A DNA stretch of 63,727 nucleotides, counting the filler, from Reclinomonas americana ATCC 50394 (taxonomy: Eukaryota): assembly GCA_048213135.1 (NCBI GenBank). It is 15 parts of 15 records of this genome, joined end to end, with 100 filler letters (N's around TTAATTAATTAA, not from the genome) between each part and the next. Parts side by side here need not be neighbours in the genome. Positions count along the whole stretch, not along the records: positions 9,447 to 21,634 come from AFZH01021205.1; positions 21,735 to 26,444 come from AFZH01021206.1; 13 more parts are not named here. One strand, written 5' to 3'. The notes under the pieces are model-generated. The model made no database searches, was not told the origin of the DNA, and saw only the letters and a program-made list of their open reading frames with translations. Every line of letters begins with the position of its first letter. Positions within the stretch are counted from its first letter, which is position 1. Both the position numbers and the translations under genes were made by a program. Positions 12,828 through 26,544 of this stretch are shown here, piece after piece.

Positions 12828-15800
12828 CTACCGCACGGGTGGAGCGGGAGCGGACGCCAGTTTCTCGGCAAAGTGCGTCACCAGCGTGAAATATTGGTGA
12901 TCGCGAGGTTCCAGTTCGTCGCGTCGAATGCCTTCGCTGAGCTCCACACACATGTCGCGGAAGCACACTGCGGCGTCGGCGTAGGCGCTGTCGACCGCGG
13001 ACAATTGCTTTGACACGCTTTCGTTGCTCAGCAGTGCCAACAGGAATCTGCGTGGGAGGTGAGTGGAGGGAAGAGAGAGAAAGAGGCAAAACGGAGACGA
13101 CGAACCGTAGTGGATGATTTGAATGCAGTGGTGTGCCAATGTCCACAATAACCTGCATGTTGAGTGATGAGTATAAAGAGTTGAAGAGGGGAAGGGAGAG
13201 CAGACTTAGAGAGAGCAAGACAAGAGAACTAGTTCTTTAGTGACAACCAAAGGTGAGCAACATAAGAAACACGGCGCGCTGGTTCTGAAAGTGAAAACGA
13301 GAGACAGGAATATGCGACGCATTTGTTCTTGAAGAGACAATGACAGGCAGTGAGCAAGACAAGAGAACGCGACGCAATCATTCGAATAGAGACAGAGAGA
13401 AACAGAGTGAGCGAGACTGGAGAACGCGACACGCTCGTTGAGTGACAACGAGAAGGATAGAGAGAATGATCAGAACAAGAAGAGCACTCGATCGTTGTGA
13501 ACGTGGCGACGCGCGCACGCGGAAGAGCGACAGTGAGCAAGACAAGAGAGAATGCGAGTGTGAGAGAGAGAGAGAATGAGCGACAAGAGAATGCGACGCA
13601 CTCGTTCTTTGAGTGACAATGAGTGCGAGAGAGCGAACAAGACAAAAAACTCGAAGCGATCATTCTTGTAGAGAGAAATGAGTGAGCAAGATAAGTAAAC
13701 GCGACATGCTCCTTCTTCGAGTGACAATGAGAGAGAGAAAGCAAGACAAGAGAACGAGACGCACTCGTTCTAAGAACGACAATAGCAACGCGAGAGAGCA
13801 GCCCTTCTCCCAATCCTCCACCCCCTCGCAACTCGTCTCAATCCCTCCCACACCGGCTGCCGAGTGCCGACAAAGTCCAGTGTGCTGCTCGCACACGCAT
13901 CCACCACATCCGTCAACACCACCATCAACACCTCCAGCTCATCAGAGGAGAGCACAGAGGTCGTGAGATGTGCCTTGAGCAGCTCCAACAGCGCCGATAC
14001 CTGCAAGCGAGCGAGAATTGAGACGAATGCACGCCTCCTATGCGGCCAAACAAGACGCACCACCGCCAGCAACGTCTTGCCGCCCACCGACAGCAGCTCT
14101 TGCGTCGTGTTGAGCAGGAACGAGAGGATTGGCTCGCGCACCGTGTCGCTAGAGGAGCCGCATACCACGCGCAGGAGCAGCGTGACAAACTCTTCGTCGC
14201 AAATGACATCGTGTGCCGACGCCGGCGTCATGTACACAAGGCCGTTGAGGATGGCCAGCCACTTGCCCAGTTCCGCAGACGCCGCGGACAGCGAGGCAGA
14301 GAACGCGACTGTAAGGAGTGCGAGAAAATGAGTGTCACAGAGTCGGGGGAGGCCTTCACAATAAGTGGCACCATTGTCAGCGCTCTCTGGCAGCGCGGCA
14401 AGCTGTCGACGCAGCACTTCGACCACGCGACGCACTCCGTTTGCCTATGACTCTACACATGAGCCTTCACCTCGATCACCACACGCAATGCTGGATTGGA
14501 CGCACATGCAGTTTCTCCAGCAAGTTGAATATGAGATTGGAGAGGGAATCGTAATCCGAGTCGGCATCATCGGTAATGTGCTGCGCGCACACTTCGACGC
14601 CGCCGAGGTCCACGAAGCGTGTCATGGCTGGTGCATGTGCCGAGATGACATTACCCAAGCAAATGACGGCACTCCGGCAGGTTTGATGACTGTATCGAGC
14701 GTACTTTAGAGAGCAAGAAGGAAGGAGGCAGGTGGATGGTGAAAAAAACACCTGGAATCGGCGAGGAGACGGACAAGCTTCTCCAGGCCACCACAGTCCA
14801 CAATCGCCTGACTCACTTGCTCGTTGTGATGTGACATGTTGACGAGAGCCATGAGGGGGTAGGCCACCGACTGTCAGATAAGGGAAGGCCATGAGGATCA
14901 GCAGATGAAAGTGGCGGAAGACAAAACCACATACCTGCTCGGCGCCATCAAGGGCGGCCACCAGTCGCTCGACCATTTGTGGTCGGCCGAAAAAGCCCTG
15001 CATGCAAGCAATCAGCTCCTGATAGCAGCTCACTGGTCAGACTCTTGAGTGTCACCCACCTTGCATTCAGGCGAGTTGAAACACAGATGCGAGAGGAGAA
15101 GGGCGGCGGAAGACACCAACTCCATGCCTTGTTCCGTTGTCTGTCCCAGCCCGGTGTAATTAGCAAATGATTAAGGGAGCACAAATCAGAGACGAAACGC
15201 AACTTGATCGCTGCCGAGGTAGAGCATTACGGCGTCGTAAACGTGCGGGCTCAACAGCTTCTCCGACCAGGTGCCTCCCAATCCGGCGGCGTTAACGAGA
15301 ATGCTGAAGACGGCGACCTGCAAGAAGGGACAGGAGGTGCTCAACAAAGGGTGAACACAGATCGCTGCAAATGCCAGTCTGTCGTGTACAAGAGACGCGT
15401 AGATAACAGCAGTATTTGAGCAAAAACAAGCGATGGATATGATAGAAATAGAAGTGTGAGAGAACAACGAGGGAGAGAAAAGAGAGATGATAGGACAACA
15501 ATGCGACAGGGCATCCACTTGTGCCTGTTTCTGTGCTCAGGGCGTGGAGAGTGAGTGTCGGAGACACAGCAAGCAAAGCACAGCACATTCAGTGTGAGCA
15601 AGAGGAGGAAAACGAAAGGTGCTACAGGTCAAAAGAAGCTTCACACATCGCCGAACCAATACGCAGTGCATGCTGGTGCACAAACGACACAGAGTGCAAG
15701 CGTCTATCATCATCAAGAGCGAGAGTAACACCAACAAGAATCTACCAAGGCGACAGCGACGTACGCAGCACATAAAAACACCAACGAGAGACAAACATTC

Positions 15801-18800
15801 CGCAATATCTCTACCACGTCATGCGATACTTCATCTAACACTCAGTCTCCCCATTCCGCTTCCCCTCGTCTCCAAAATACGATGGACAGCCCCTGTACCT
15901 CCCCGACACCCACCTTGCCCTGCGAGGAAAACGTCGACGTGGTGAGGTTGGCGATGCACGCATCGAGGACACCGTCGGCCAGCAACGACTGCACGACGTA
16001 GGCGCGCTGGAAACTGATGCAACAGCAGGATTCAGTACACAGACGATGACACAGTGAGTGCGAGGCACGCCGACGCAACACCAAATTGCTGATGGTGAAT
16101 GCCACGGCTTCGAGCAACTCGGAGCGACGCGGTGACGAGTCTGCGCCACCGGCCTCTGCCGTGGCCTGCTGCAATGCGATAAAGTGGCGCAGGAATACGC
16201 GCACCGTGGCGCTGTCGTCCAGGTCGATCTATGAGGGTGGAGAGGGATGAGCGCCGGACTGAAGGGAATGGTGGGAGGGGGAGGGTAGGAGGGACGCAAC
16301 ATTCATGTCTGCGTAGGCCTTCAGAATCAAGTTGGACAGACGCAGTTCTAGTGACACCAGCTCGTAGGCCTGGCTCACAATGGCGTCCTCATCACTGAAG
16401 GGAAGAAGGCGAGGGAGTGAGCAAGAGGGCGATGGGGAACGAGGGAAGTAGATACAGAGAAGGGATCAGAGAGAGAGAGAGAGAAATAGCAGGAACAAGA
16501 CAACAAGAGAGAAACATGCAGAGATAGAGACAGAGAAGGAGAGTGATAGACAAAGGAGTCGGATAAGAGAGTATGTGCGCGTGGAGTGCATGCGTGGGAG
16601 TCACAGAGGGCGGTCGAATAGGAACGAGAGAACGAGAGAGAAACATGCAGAGAGAGACAGAGAACGAGAGGCACAGAGAGAGAAAACAACCGAACACAAG
16701 GGAGAAGGACCATAGAAAGCGTGTGCACGTGTGAGAGTCAGACAGGTAGAACAGGAACGAGACAACAAGAGAGAAACATGCAGAGAACGACAAAGAACGA
16801 AGGACATAGATAATGATAATTGGAGACAAGGAAACGGATAAGAGAGAGATAGATCAGAGAAAGAGAGAGAGATACTCAGAGACAAGCAACATGGCTCATA
16901 GATGGTGAATCCAGAGAGAAGGAAATTCGACAAGGGAAAAAGGACAGACGCAGAAAACCGGAGAGAGAGAGAGAGAGAGAGAGAGAGACGAGGGAGGGAG
17001 AGAGCGAGAGAGATAGACAGACAAGCGCGAACAAAGCCCTTGTTAATTTCAGTCCCCCAAACGAAACGACTGCGGTGGCAGCTTGGCTACTGGACCGGTG
17101 AGAAGCACCACATCGCGCAACAATACCGACAGCAATGCCGCCTCTCGCGCACGATGTGTCACCGACGATGTGGGGTCCTCGAGAATACACTCCAGGACTT
17201 GAAGGGCCAGACACTAGCAGGAGGGCACGCATAAGTGCGGGAGACTGCTTTTGTGCGAGCATTTTGTGCTTCGACCAACCTTGATCGACAACTCATAATC
17301 ACGCACACATTCCACCACCAACTCAAGACCATCCTTGAGGGCAAACACCTGTCGCGCGAGTGCGCCAGCTGCCGAGGATGCGTCCTCCACAAACGCCAAG
17401 GCGCAGCGCAGGGCCGAGAGCATAATGTTCTCGTCAATGTCTGTGTGCGAGAGATATTCAGGGCGAGACACTTGGCGTGCAAGCACCTTTCACCAGGACG
17501 CAACTGCTCAGCAGCGACATTAATGTGTCCAGTGCGCGCGGCAACCACTGGAACACGAAGCGGGTGCTCATGTAGTCATCAGGGCCGCGCAACCAGGTCT
17601 CCAGGTCACGGAGGCCTCGCACGACCTTGTCGGTTTCGTAGTGGCGGACGCTGCGAGGTGGGGGGTTAAGGGAAAGGGGAAGGGGAAGGGGAAGGGGAAG
17701 CGGGTACAAGGGAAGGGGGTAGAAGGGAAGGGAAAGAGAGGGGAAGCGGAAGGGGGAACGCATAGTAGGGAAAGGAGAGAGGGTACGGATGGGAGGAGAG
17801 AGGGTACGGATGGGAGGAGAGAGGGAAGGCGGAGCGTACGGGGTTTGGAGAACGGAAGGGGAAGGGGAAAGAGATGAATGGAAGGAGATAGAAGGGAAGG
17901 GAGGCCGCAGCAGGGGGAGGAAAGGAGAAGGAGAAGGGGAACGGGCAGCGGAATGGGAATGAGAGCGAAAACAAACAAAGACAAGGATGCTAATAAACGG
18001 AGCAGAAACGGGGACGGAAAGTGGAGCGGAAAGGGGGATGAAAACGGAACGCAAGTGGAATGAGGACGGGAAAGGGAGAGCAGGAACAGTAGAAGGAGTG
18101 GAATTGGGAAGGGACAAGGAGAGACAGAGAGAAAGAGAAGGAGAACGAGCACGGGGGAGAGAAAGTGAGCAGAAACGGGGACGAAAAGTGACAAGGAAAG
18201 GCAGAGAAAGAAAGAAGGAGAACGATTGCAAGAACGAGAATGAGGTAGAGAATTGTAACTAGACGAGAGGGAGAGCAAAAGCGACAATGGGTAGGGGAAC
18301 AAGAAGAGGAACAAGGAAGTAAACATGATGGAGAACGGAAAGGAGGGAGAAAATGGAAGCGAGGACAAGGACGTAATCAAGCACGTGAACGGGAGGGAAA
18401 CGGGAATGCAACGAGAAGGGAACTACAACAGGAAGGAGAATAGGAACATGATCAAGAAGGGGAACAGAAAAAGAAAGATGAAACAGGACGGAGACGGAAA
18501 ACATAGAGAAAGAATAACACTGAGACTGAAGCCTAAAGATCAAGAGGAGCACGAACCGGATGGTTTCGAGTTGCTGGCGGATTTGAATCAGCGCAGTCAC
18601 ACGGCCGCGGAAGAAGTCCGTCAATTCTGCACGATACACAAGGATGAAGAGAGAATGAGGAAATGATCGTCGACGCAGCACAAACTGGAGAAACAAGCAG
18701 ACGAAAGCATCCGTCACAAACACATGCGAGAGAGCACACCAAGAGAAAGTCGAGAGTCACAATCACGCCAACAGTACCTCCAAGCTGAGGCGCCCATTGA

Positions 18801-21770
18801 TCCACCGACGAGACCTCGCACACATACACTGCACGTGTTTGCGGTGAGTCTCACACAAAATTTGCGAGACAAGAGTCTTATTCACGAACCAATCAACTGA
18901 TACGCGGCACAGCCGCCCAACATATCCATCGTCTCCCCGTCCTCCATTTGCAGTTCCTCGGCGGACGCACGCTGCACCATGCTTGCACATCTGCGTGGCG
19001 GGAGAAGGGGCAGACGACTGAGAATAAGACGGAAACTCGAATTGCACGGAAACAAAAGGTTGAGTGAATGAGAAAAAGAGACTGAAGAAAGAGGAGCGGA
19101 GTGAAGAGCGACAGCATTCTCCCAATCCGCCTCCACCCACCTCCCCATCAACCCCGGATGCTCCCGCAGCACCGCCACCACCGACGGCGACATGAAGGCG
19201 GCCTCCGCCAGCAGCGACAGCGAGTGCGGCAGTTGCGCGAGAATCTCCTCGGGCGTGTGCTCCTCCGACGCCAACTGCTCCACCAAGTGCCGCACGGGCA
19301 GTCGCTCGATAAACTCGGCGGCCGCCGCGGCGTCGGGCACGCGCAGCAGCAGCAGATGCACGAGACCGCATACGGCTTCGCTGGCCGACCGCAGATCGAC
19401 CGAGGTCGCAATGGAGGGCAAGCAGAGGCTGAGGAGGCGGGCCAGTGACTCCACCGGCACCGGTTTCAGCTGGCATTTGTGGTCGAGGAGGAAGAGGAAG
19501 GAGAGGACGCCGCAGGCTTTGACTAGCAGTGGAACGCGGGCCAGGAGGTCGGCGTCGCCGGTCTCCAACACCATGGTGAGGGACTCGATGATGTTGCGTT
19601 CGCGGCCGACGCGTTTGGCGTTGGAGACGGAGGCTGCGCAAAGGGCGGGAAGGGAGGTGAGGGAGGGGTAGGGGATTGAGGAGAGGGAGAGGGAAAAGGG
19701 GTAGGGGATTGAGGAGAGGCAGAGGGAGAAGAAGAGGGGAGGGAGGGGAGGTAGGAGAGGGAGGAGAGGGAGGAGAGATAGAGGAAGAGGAGGGATGGAG
19801 GGGGAGAAAGAGAAAAGAGGGGAGTAGAAAAATAAGAGAATAGAGAAGGAGCGAAGGGATAGAAAGTGAAACGGCAGAACGACAGAAGCGAGGAAAAAAG
19901 TGTTGTAAACGGGCGGAGGTATGATTGAATGGAGGGAAGAGAGAGAGAGGAAGAAGGGAGGAGGAAAGAGACAGATATAATAGAGGGAAGGGGGAGGAAG
20001 AGGTGAACGGATAACGAGGGTGAAGTGAGCGGACAGGGAACACAAGGTGGAGAGATAATTGAAGGGAGAGCGAGAGAGAGAGAGAGAGGACAAGACAGCA
20101 AAACATGAAGACTGTATAAGCCGAAGGATTCGCAGCCTGCCGTGCGATCGACAGGCGACTCAGTTACGCCAATATTTGCAACGCACCTGAGCAAATGCAG
20201 TGCACGATGTCCAGTGACAGCGATGCAGCGCGGCGCGCCGCCACCGCATGTGAGCGGTGTCGCCGTGGAGCTGCACAGTGCAATACAGTGAGCAAACAAG
20301 ACATCCAGCCACTTTGACCACCCAATGTCACAACCTGTCAACTGCTGTCTCAACAATGCTGACACGGACAGATTCTGTCGCGTTCGCAATGCCTCTTGCA
20401 CTATCTCTGAGATCGCTAACTCGCGCAGTGTCTGCTCAAGTCCTCCGACCGCTCCTCGTTCTCTTGATCACCTGCCACTTTTCTCTCTCATCAATCCTTT
20501 CCTCATACAGCTTCTTCAACACAGTTGTCTTCGTCTTCTTCGAGCCTCTCGCCCTCCATCTGAGACCTTCGACTCGCGCAGTTTCGTACACTTCACTGCT
20601 TCACCGTTTCGTGCTCTCTTTTGTAACTGTCAACCCTGCGCTGTTCAACATCTTTTCCCCTTCTTCTCCTGCTCTCCCTGCATCGTGCATGGCCTGTAGA
20701 ATCCTTAACTCACACAGTTCCCGTTCAACTGACTTGTGTTGTCTCGTGCATCTCTCATTTCAGACTCGCGTAGAATCCTGCTTCGCCTGTCTCGTTCTCT
20801 CTCATGGATTCTCATGCTATTGCGCATTGCCCAGCATCTCCTCCCCCTTGTCCTCTTCTTCTCCCTGCCTCATACGCTTCCTGAGACGGCTGACTCGCGC
20901 AGTTTCCTGCTTCGCCAGTCTCGTACTCTCTCTCGGATTCTCTTGCTGTTGCGCTTCGCCCAGCATCTCTTCCTTCTTGGCCTCTTCTTCCTGCCTCTCG
21001 TGTTGTCTCTCGAATCCTTAACTCACGCAGCTCTCCTCGTCACCGCCCAGCTTCACCTGTCTAGTACAGTCTCATGAGTCCTGCCCTGCTGCGATATGCC
21101 ATGAATCTCTCTACCATCAGCTCTTCTCGAGATGGCTGACTCGCGCACTTTCCTGCTTCGCCAGTCTCGTTCTCTCTCTCGGATTCTCTTGCTGTTGCGC
21201 TTCGCCGAGCATCTGTTCCCTCTTGTCCTCTTCTTCTCCTTGCCTCAGAGATCGCTGACTCGCGCAGTTTCCTGCTTCGCCAGTCTCGTTCTCTCTCATG
21301 GATCCTCTTCCTGTTGCGCCCCTCCTTCTCCCCCGGCACACCCACCCATCACTTGCTCATCCTCCTCCGACGACTCCTCCGACGATCCCGACTGCGATGT
21401 CGGCGACACCTCCTCCGCTCCCGCAGCAGCAGTCACTGATCGCAAGAGTGGTGTGTGAGACAAGAGAGAGAGACTGAGAGAGGAGCAACAGTGTGCAAGA
21501 GCAGCACCAGCAGAGTGTGAGGCCACCAATGCAGAGGAAGAGGAGGAGGAGGAGGAGACAACGCCCGTTGATGATGAGGACTCGTCGCCTTCGCTGGCCA
21601 AGGCGGGCAGGAGGCGCGCGATTGAGCGAGTGAGNNNNNNNNNNNNNNNNNNNNNNNNNNNNNNNNNNNNNNNNNNNNTTAATTAATTAANNNNNNNNNN
21701 NNNNNNNNNNNNNNNNNNNNNNNNNNNNNNNNNNGAAGTCACTGCTGCCACTTGCTGCGTCGCTCTTCAT
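12828..21770 (-). CDS. Large armadillo/HEAT-like helical repeat protein; family not recognised; exon model approximate
   Basis: Most exons join in frame (e.g. 17648-17505, 16228-16080, 15318-15204, 14445-13833, 13152-13106, 13048-12828). They encode Leu/Ala-rich helices with ARM-like motifs (AVICLGNVI, AFTISNLV, SHLCFNSPECK, FSILVNAA). The candidate ATG at 21770 is separated from the rest by a gap. Confidence 0.65.
20760..21310. repeat. Degenerate ~120-bp repeat, about 4 copies, in the inferred ARM-gene intron
   Basis: Recurring GACTCGCGCAGTTTCCTGCTTCGCCAGTCTCGTTCTCTCTC. Confidence 0.85.
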
Positions 21771-22171
21771 TGATAAGAGCAGAGAGACACAAAGAGAGAG
21801 AGAGAGAGAGAGACAAAGAGAGAGTGCGCGCGCACAAGTGAAAACCAATTCGTCCTGTCAATCAATATGCGACGTTTTTGATATGACCTCGAGCTCCAAG
21901 TTGTCCTTCCCAAGGTCGCCGGTCAACAATCAAGCGCAGATGGCGGACAGCCTACAAGACATGCACAGACCGCTGGGTGCATGATTCAAGGTCAGGAGGC
22001 GCTGCGAATACCGCAGCGTGAGGCATGCGCAAGAAGGCAACTACGAACCGCGTCGCTACTGCATGCATCACCCAGCCAGCGCGCGTCTACGTAGGCCGCT
22101 GACACCATATGCGCCACTAAATCCTTTCGAGGCCAGCACGCGATTGCTTGGCTTTGCCTCCTGAAAGGCCT

Positions 22172-22330
22172 AGGGGAAGGTAACTGTTGGAGAAGTGATC
22201 ATGTGTTTTTGTATACTGTTGGTGTGCCAAGGCGATTGTCGGCAAGGGATTGTGGGCGTTTGTCGCATGATTGGAATGTGGCGAATGAAGTGTTTTGTTG
22301 TGAAGGAATTCGAACTCGAAGTACGCGTCG
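22172..22330 (+). repeat. Dispersed ~150-bp element, copy 1 (copy 2 at ~33490-33650; partial inverted copy at ~47325-47380)
   Basis: Copies 1 and 2 share GGTGTGCCAAGGC.ATTGTCGGCAAGGGATT(T)GTGGGCGTTT.TCGCAT.ATTGGAATG. Confidence 0.85.
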
Positions 22331-22626
22331 CGATCGACAGCTTGACCTCGAGCTGCAACCCAAGCTATCCTTCCGGAGGTCGCCGGTCAACAATCAAGCG
22401 CAGATGACGCACAGCCTACAAGACATGCACAGACCGCTGGGTACAGCTAGCAGGTCAGGAGGTTACGAATATATTAATACAGTGAGGCGCGGCATGCGCG
22501 ACAAACAGAACGACAAGTGACGTCGAGCTCCAATTGCACGTAGGATCAAGGGCACGTATAAAGGGCACAGAGGACACTGTACCCACAGACAAGGCGAGCT
22601 TCGTGAGAGCTTGAGGCTGACGTCGC

Positions 22627-25600
22627 ATGTCCCACCGAACCACTCACACTCAAACGCGCCCAAATCGAGCCATGAGCAGCGCTGCCGCACCCGCCGCACA
22701 CCACCACGCCGCCACCGCGACCGACGAACCAACCGAAGAGGAGGAGACCGTCATTGTCACGGGCGACGATCCTCTCTCTGCCTCGGTTGGGCATGTCGAG
22801 CGCGGCGACGACGGCCGCATCAAAGCCGTCATTGGCGGCGCCGCCGAAGTCGACATCGACGCAGGCGCAGAGAGTCGACATCGACGGCGACATCGCATTG
22901 AGCAAGAGGAGGAAGAGGAGGAAGAAGAAGATGAGGAAAAGGCAAGACGAGTGTCTTCACAAAGGTGCGTCTCACACACACATAACACACTGGCACACAC
23001 GTACAGGATAACGCACTTGCTCACATACACACTGTCACACTTTCCACACACTTTCGCACACTTTCGCACACTTTCCCACAGTTGCGCACACTTTCCCACA
23101 GTTGCGCACACTTTCCCACACTTTTGCATACTTTCCCACTTTTTCACTCACTTCCGCACACTTTCCACACTTTCCCACAGTTGCGAACACTTTCCACACA
23201 CTTTCCACACACTTTCTGCACACTTTCGCACACTTTCCCACACTTCTTCACACTTTCCACACACTTTCGCACACTTTCCCGCACTCTCACTCACCTTCCC
23301 ACACCTTTCGCGCACTTTCGCACACTTTCGCACACTTTCACTCACTTCCACACACTTTCCACACACCTTCGCACACCTTGGCACACTTTCCACACACTTT
23401 CGCACACTTCTGCACACTTTTGCACACTTGCACACACTTGCACACACTTGCACACACTTTCCCACACCATTCCACACTTGCACACCTTCTCACGCCTTCC
23501 CACACTTTTACACACCTTCCCACACCTTCCCACACCTTCCCACACCTTCCCTCGCCTTCCCGCACCTACCACACCTTCTCACCCACTGCTCAGGGACGAA
23601 CACGTGAGGGAAGTCGCTGTTGTCGTTGAGCAGCCGCCTCCTCCAGCTCCTCCAGCTCCGCAGCAGCAGCATCACACTCGCGTGCTCAGTGAGGAGAGTG
23701 ACTGTGGAGAGTCGTCGACTGCCTCTGCTGCTGCCTCGTCGGTTGTTGCATCAGTGGCGCCTTTGCGAAGGGATCGGTCGTCGTCGACGTCGTCAATGAG
23801 CTCGGCGTCGCAGTTGGAGTCGGTGCCGTCGCAGCGGAAGATCACGTGGTTGTTGAGGGAGGGGTGAGTTGGGAAGGGAAAGGGGAAGCGAGTGGGGAAG
23901 GGGTAGGGATGGTTGCTTGTAACTTGTTGTGGCGTGCATGAGCAAGTGAGTGGGTATTTTTACTTGAGTATGCATGTCTAGGCGAGAAAGGAGCGAAGCA
24001 GGTAGAGAGCGAGCGAGAGAGAGAGAGAGATGTACTCTTGCCGCTGCTCTCTCTGTCTCTCCATTTCGCGACGGCTGCTGTGTTCCTGGCACGATGTGGA
24101 TCTCGGAATCTCATTCGTCCAATTTCCGACTTTTATTGCCGCGCACTCTGTTGCTCTCTGTGCCTCTTCATGTCAATTTCTTCCGCTTCCCCAACGCTCT
24201 CTGATCCTATTCCCCCACTCTCTCCTCAAGCCTCTCCCGTTCTCTTCTGTAATTCACTTCGTCTCCTGTTTGTCTGTCTCCAACCCCCTCTCAGTCTCTC
24301 TCCTCTCGCTCGCGCTCGTTCCCGCTACTCTCCGACTCTCTTTCCCGTTCCCTAAACGCCCACCCTCTTTGTCGCGCTCCCTTTCCTTCTCTCCAACTCG
24401 CATTCTTCCCCCTCTGCACACTGTCTCCTTCTCCTAGCCAACTCATTCTCCTTTTCCCCATTCTCACAGTTTCTTTATCTTCCTCTCCCCTTCTCTCCGC
24501 TCTCCACTCTCCATCCTTGTTACCTACCCTTCCCCTTCGTCTCCTGTGCCTCTTCCGCACTTGTCGCGAATTGCATCTTCCATTCAGTTTCCCCTCTCCC
24601 GCCCCTCGCCGCCCCACCTGCTCACAGCCTTTCACCTCACAGCGCCGAAGACGAATTCGACGAAGACACCGGTACTTCCCTCATCCCTCACCGTCACCTC
24701 CTTTCCTACCTTCTCACTCAACACCTCTCCTTCTCAGCCGTCGGCTCCAGCATCCTATCGAAAATCACCGGCCTCGTCACACACCGCCTGAACCGCTCAT
24801 ACTACGAACAGTGCACGCTCTCCGGCAACCTCGACCTGAAGGAGGCCGGCATCGACGTGGAAAATATCGAGTCTGTGGGCGACTATTTGATGTTGCGCAG
24901 ATTCCCGCCAAGTGGCGTTTTAATCAACATGCTCATTGTGTGTGCGCTCACAGTAATGGCGAAGTGGACGTAAAGAGCATTCGCCTCGGACACAACAACA
25001 TTGGCGACAAGGGCTTGAAAGTGTTTCTGTCCACGCACTTTTGGGAGACTCAAGAATACTGTGAAGGTGCGTCTCCACCCATCCCCACTCACCCTCCTGT
25101 GTCTCACCGACCCCGCACAGCCCTCAACATGGATACGTGCTATCTGGGTCCACGAAGCGCCTTCATGCTCGCCGAGGCATGCTTGAGGCCCGAATGGCGC
25201 ATCACCAAGCTGATTCTGTCTCGCAACTCGATTGGCGACGACGGCGCGATCTGCTTTGGACAGGCGCTGCGGGAGCCCGAATGCCGTCTCCGGCTGCTGA
25301 ATTTGGAAACGAATGGTCTCACCGATGTGGGCGCGGCGGCGCTCATGTCGGCGTTGCGAGCAAATCGCTCGTTGGAGTTCTTGAACTTGGCCGGTAATGA
25401 TGCCATTACGGATTCGCTGAATGAGGCGTTTGTGGAGTTGTTCAGGTGAGTTTTATAACGGAGATTGGATTATCAAAATCACGTTCCCGCCACGCTGTCG
25501 TTGCACTCCTTCTCTGTCGTTGCACTCCCTCTCTGTCGTTGCACTCCCTCTCTGTCGTTGCACTCCCTCTCTGTCGTTGCACTCCCTCTCTGTCGTTGCA

Positions 25601-26225
25601 CTCCCTCTCTGTCGTTGCACTCCCTCTCTGTCGTTTCACTCCTCTGTCGTTTCACTCCCTTCTGTCGTTGCGCTCCCTTCTGTCGTTGCGCTCCCTTCTG
25701 TCGTTGCGCTCCCTTCTGTCGTTGCACTCCTTTCTGTCGTTGCACTCCCTTCTGTCGTTGCACTCCTCGCTGTCGTTTCACTCCCTCTGTCGTTCGCCAC
25801 TCCTCTCTGTCGTTCGCCACTCCTCTCTGTCGTTCGCCACTCCTCTCTGTCGTTCACCACTCCTCTCTGTCGTTCTCCACTCCTCTCTGTCGTTCTCCAC
25901 TCCTCCCTGTCGTTCTCCACTCCTCCCTGTCGTTCTCCACTCCTCCCTGTCGTTCTCCACTCCTCCCTGTCGTTCCCCACACCTTCTCTGTCGTTGTACT
26001 CCCTTCTGCGTTCCCCACTCCTTCTCTGTCGTTGCACTCCCTCTCTGTCGTTCCTCTCCCTCCCTTTCTGTGCCCTCTCTCCTTGCATCACTCTCACCCT
26101 CTCTCCTCTCCCCCCTTCTCTCTTCACGCAGCCGCAACAACGTCATCCGCCTGGTGCAACTCTACGCCGTGGAATTCTTCATCTCCGACGGCGAACTCCG
26201 CATGGTGCAGACCAGATCGATGTAG
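22627..26225 (+). CDS. Leucine-rich repeat protein (RNI-like LRRs) with a low-complexity acidic/Ser-rich N-terminus
   Basis: Exons join in frame. Repeats include SIRLGHNNIGDKG, KLILSRNSIGDDGA, LLNLETNGLTDVGA and FLNLAGND. Stop TAG at 26223-26225. The start could be 22627 or 22672. Confidence 0.85.
23030..23580. repeat. ~10-bp intronic minisatellite (CACACTTTC[C/G])
   Basis: Dozens of degenerate tandem units in LRR-gene intron 1. Confidence 0.95.
25495..26055. repeat. ~20-21 bp intronic minisatellite (CTGTCGTTGCACTCCCTCT and variants)
   Basis: More than 20 tandem units whose sequence drifts along the array. Confidence 0.95.
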
Positions 26226-26544
26226 CACCTCCCGTCCTTTTCCCTCCACGCCTCCCCTCCCTTTTCAGCAGCTGCATGAATCCGCTTATTCTTGTTGTAC
26301 ACGAAATGGATGTCCTTGCATTCACTCAGCAGCAAAACAGAGAGGGCGGGAGGGGAGGTACTTGAAACAACAAAAAACAACCCGTTTACGGAGTGGGCAC
26401 TTTGAGGAAGGAAAGGCGGGGAAGGAGAGAGAGAGAGAGACACANNNNNNNNNNNNNNNNNNNNNNNNNNNNNNNNNNNNNNNNNNNNTTAATTAATTAA
26501 NNNNNNNNNNNNNNNNNNNNNNNNNNNNNNNNNNNNNNNNNNNN

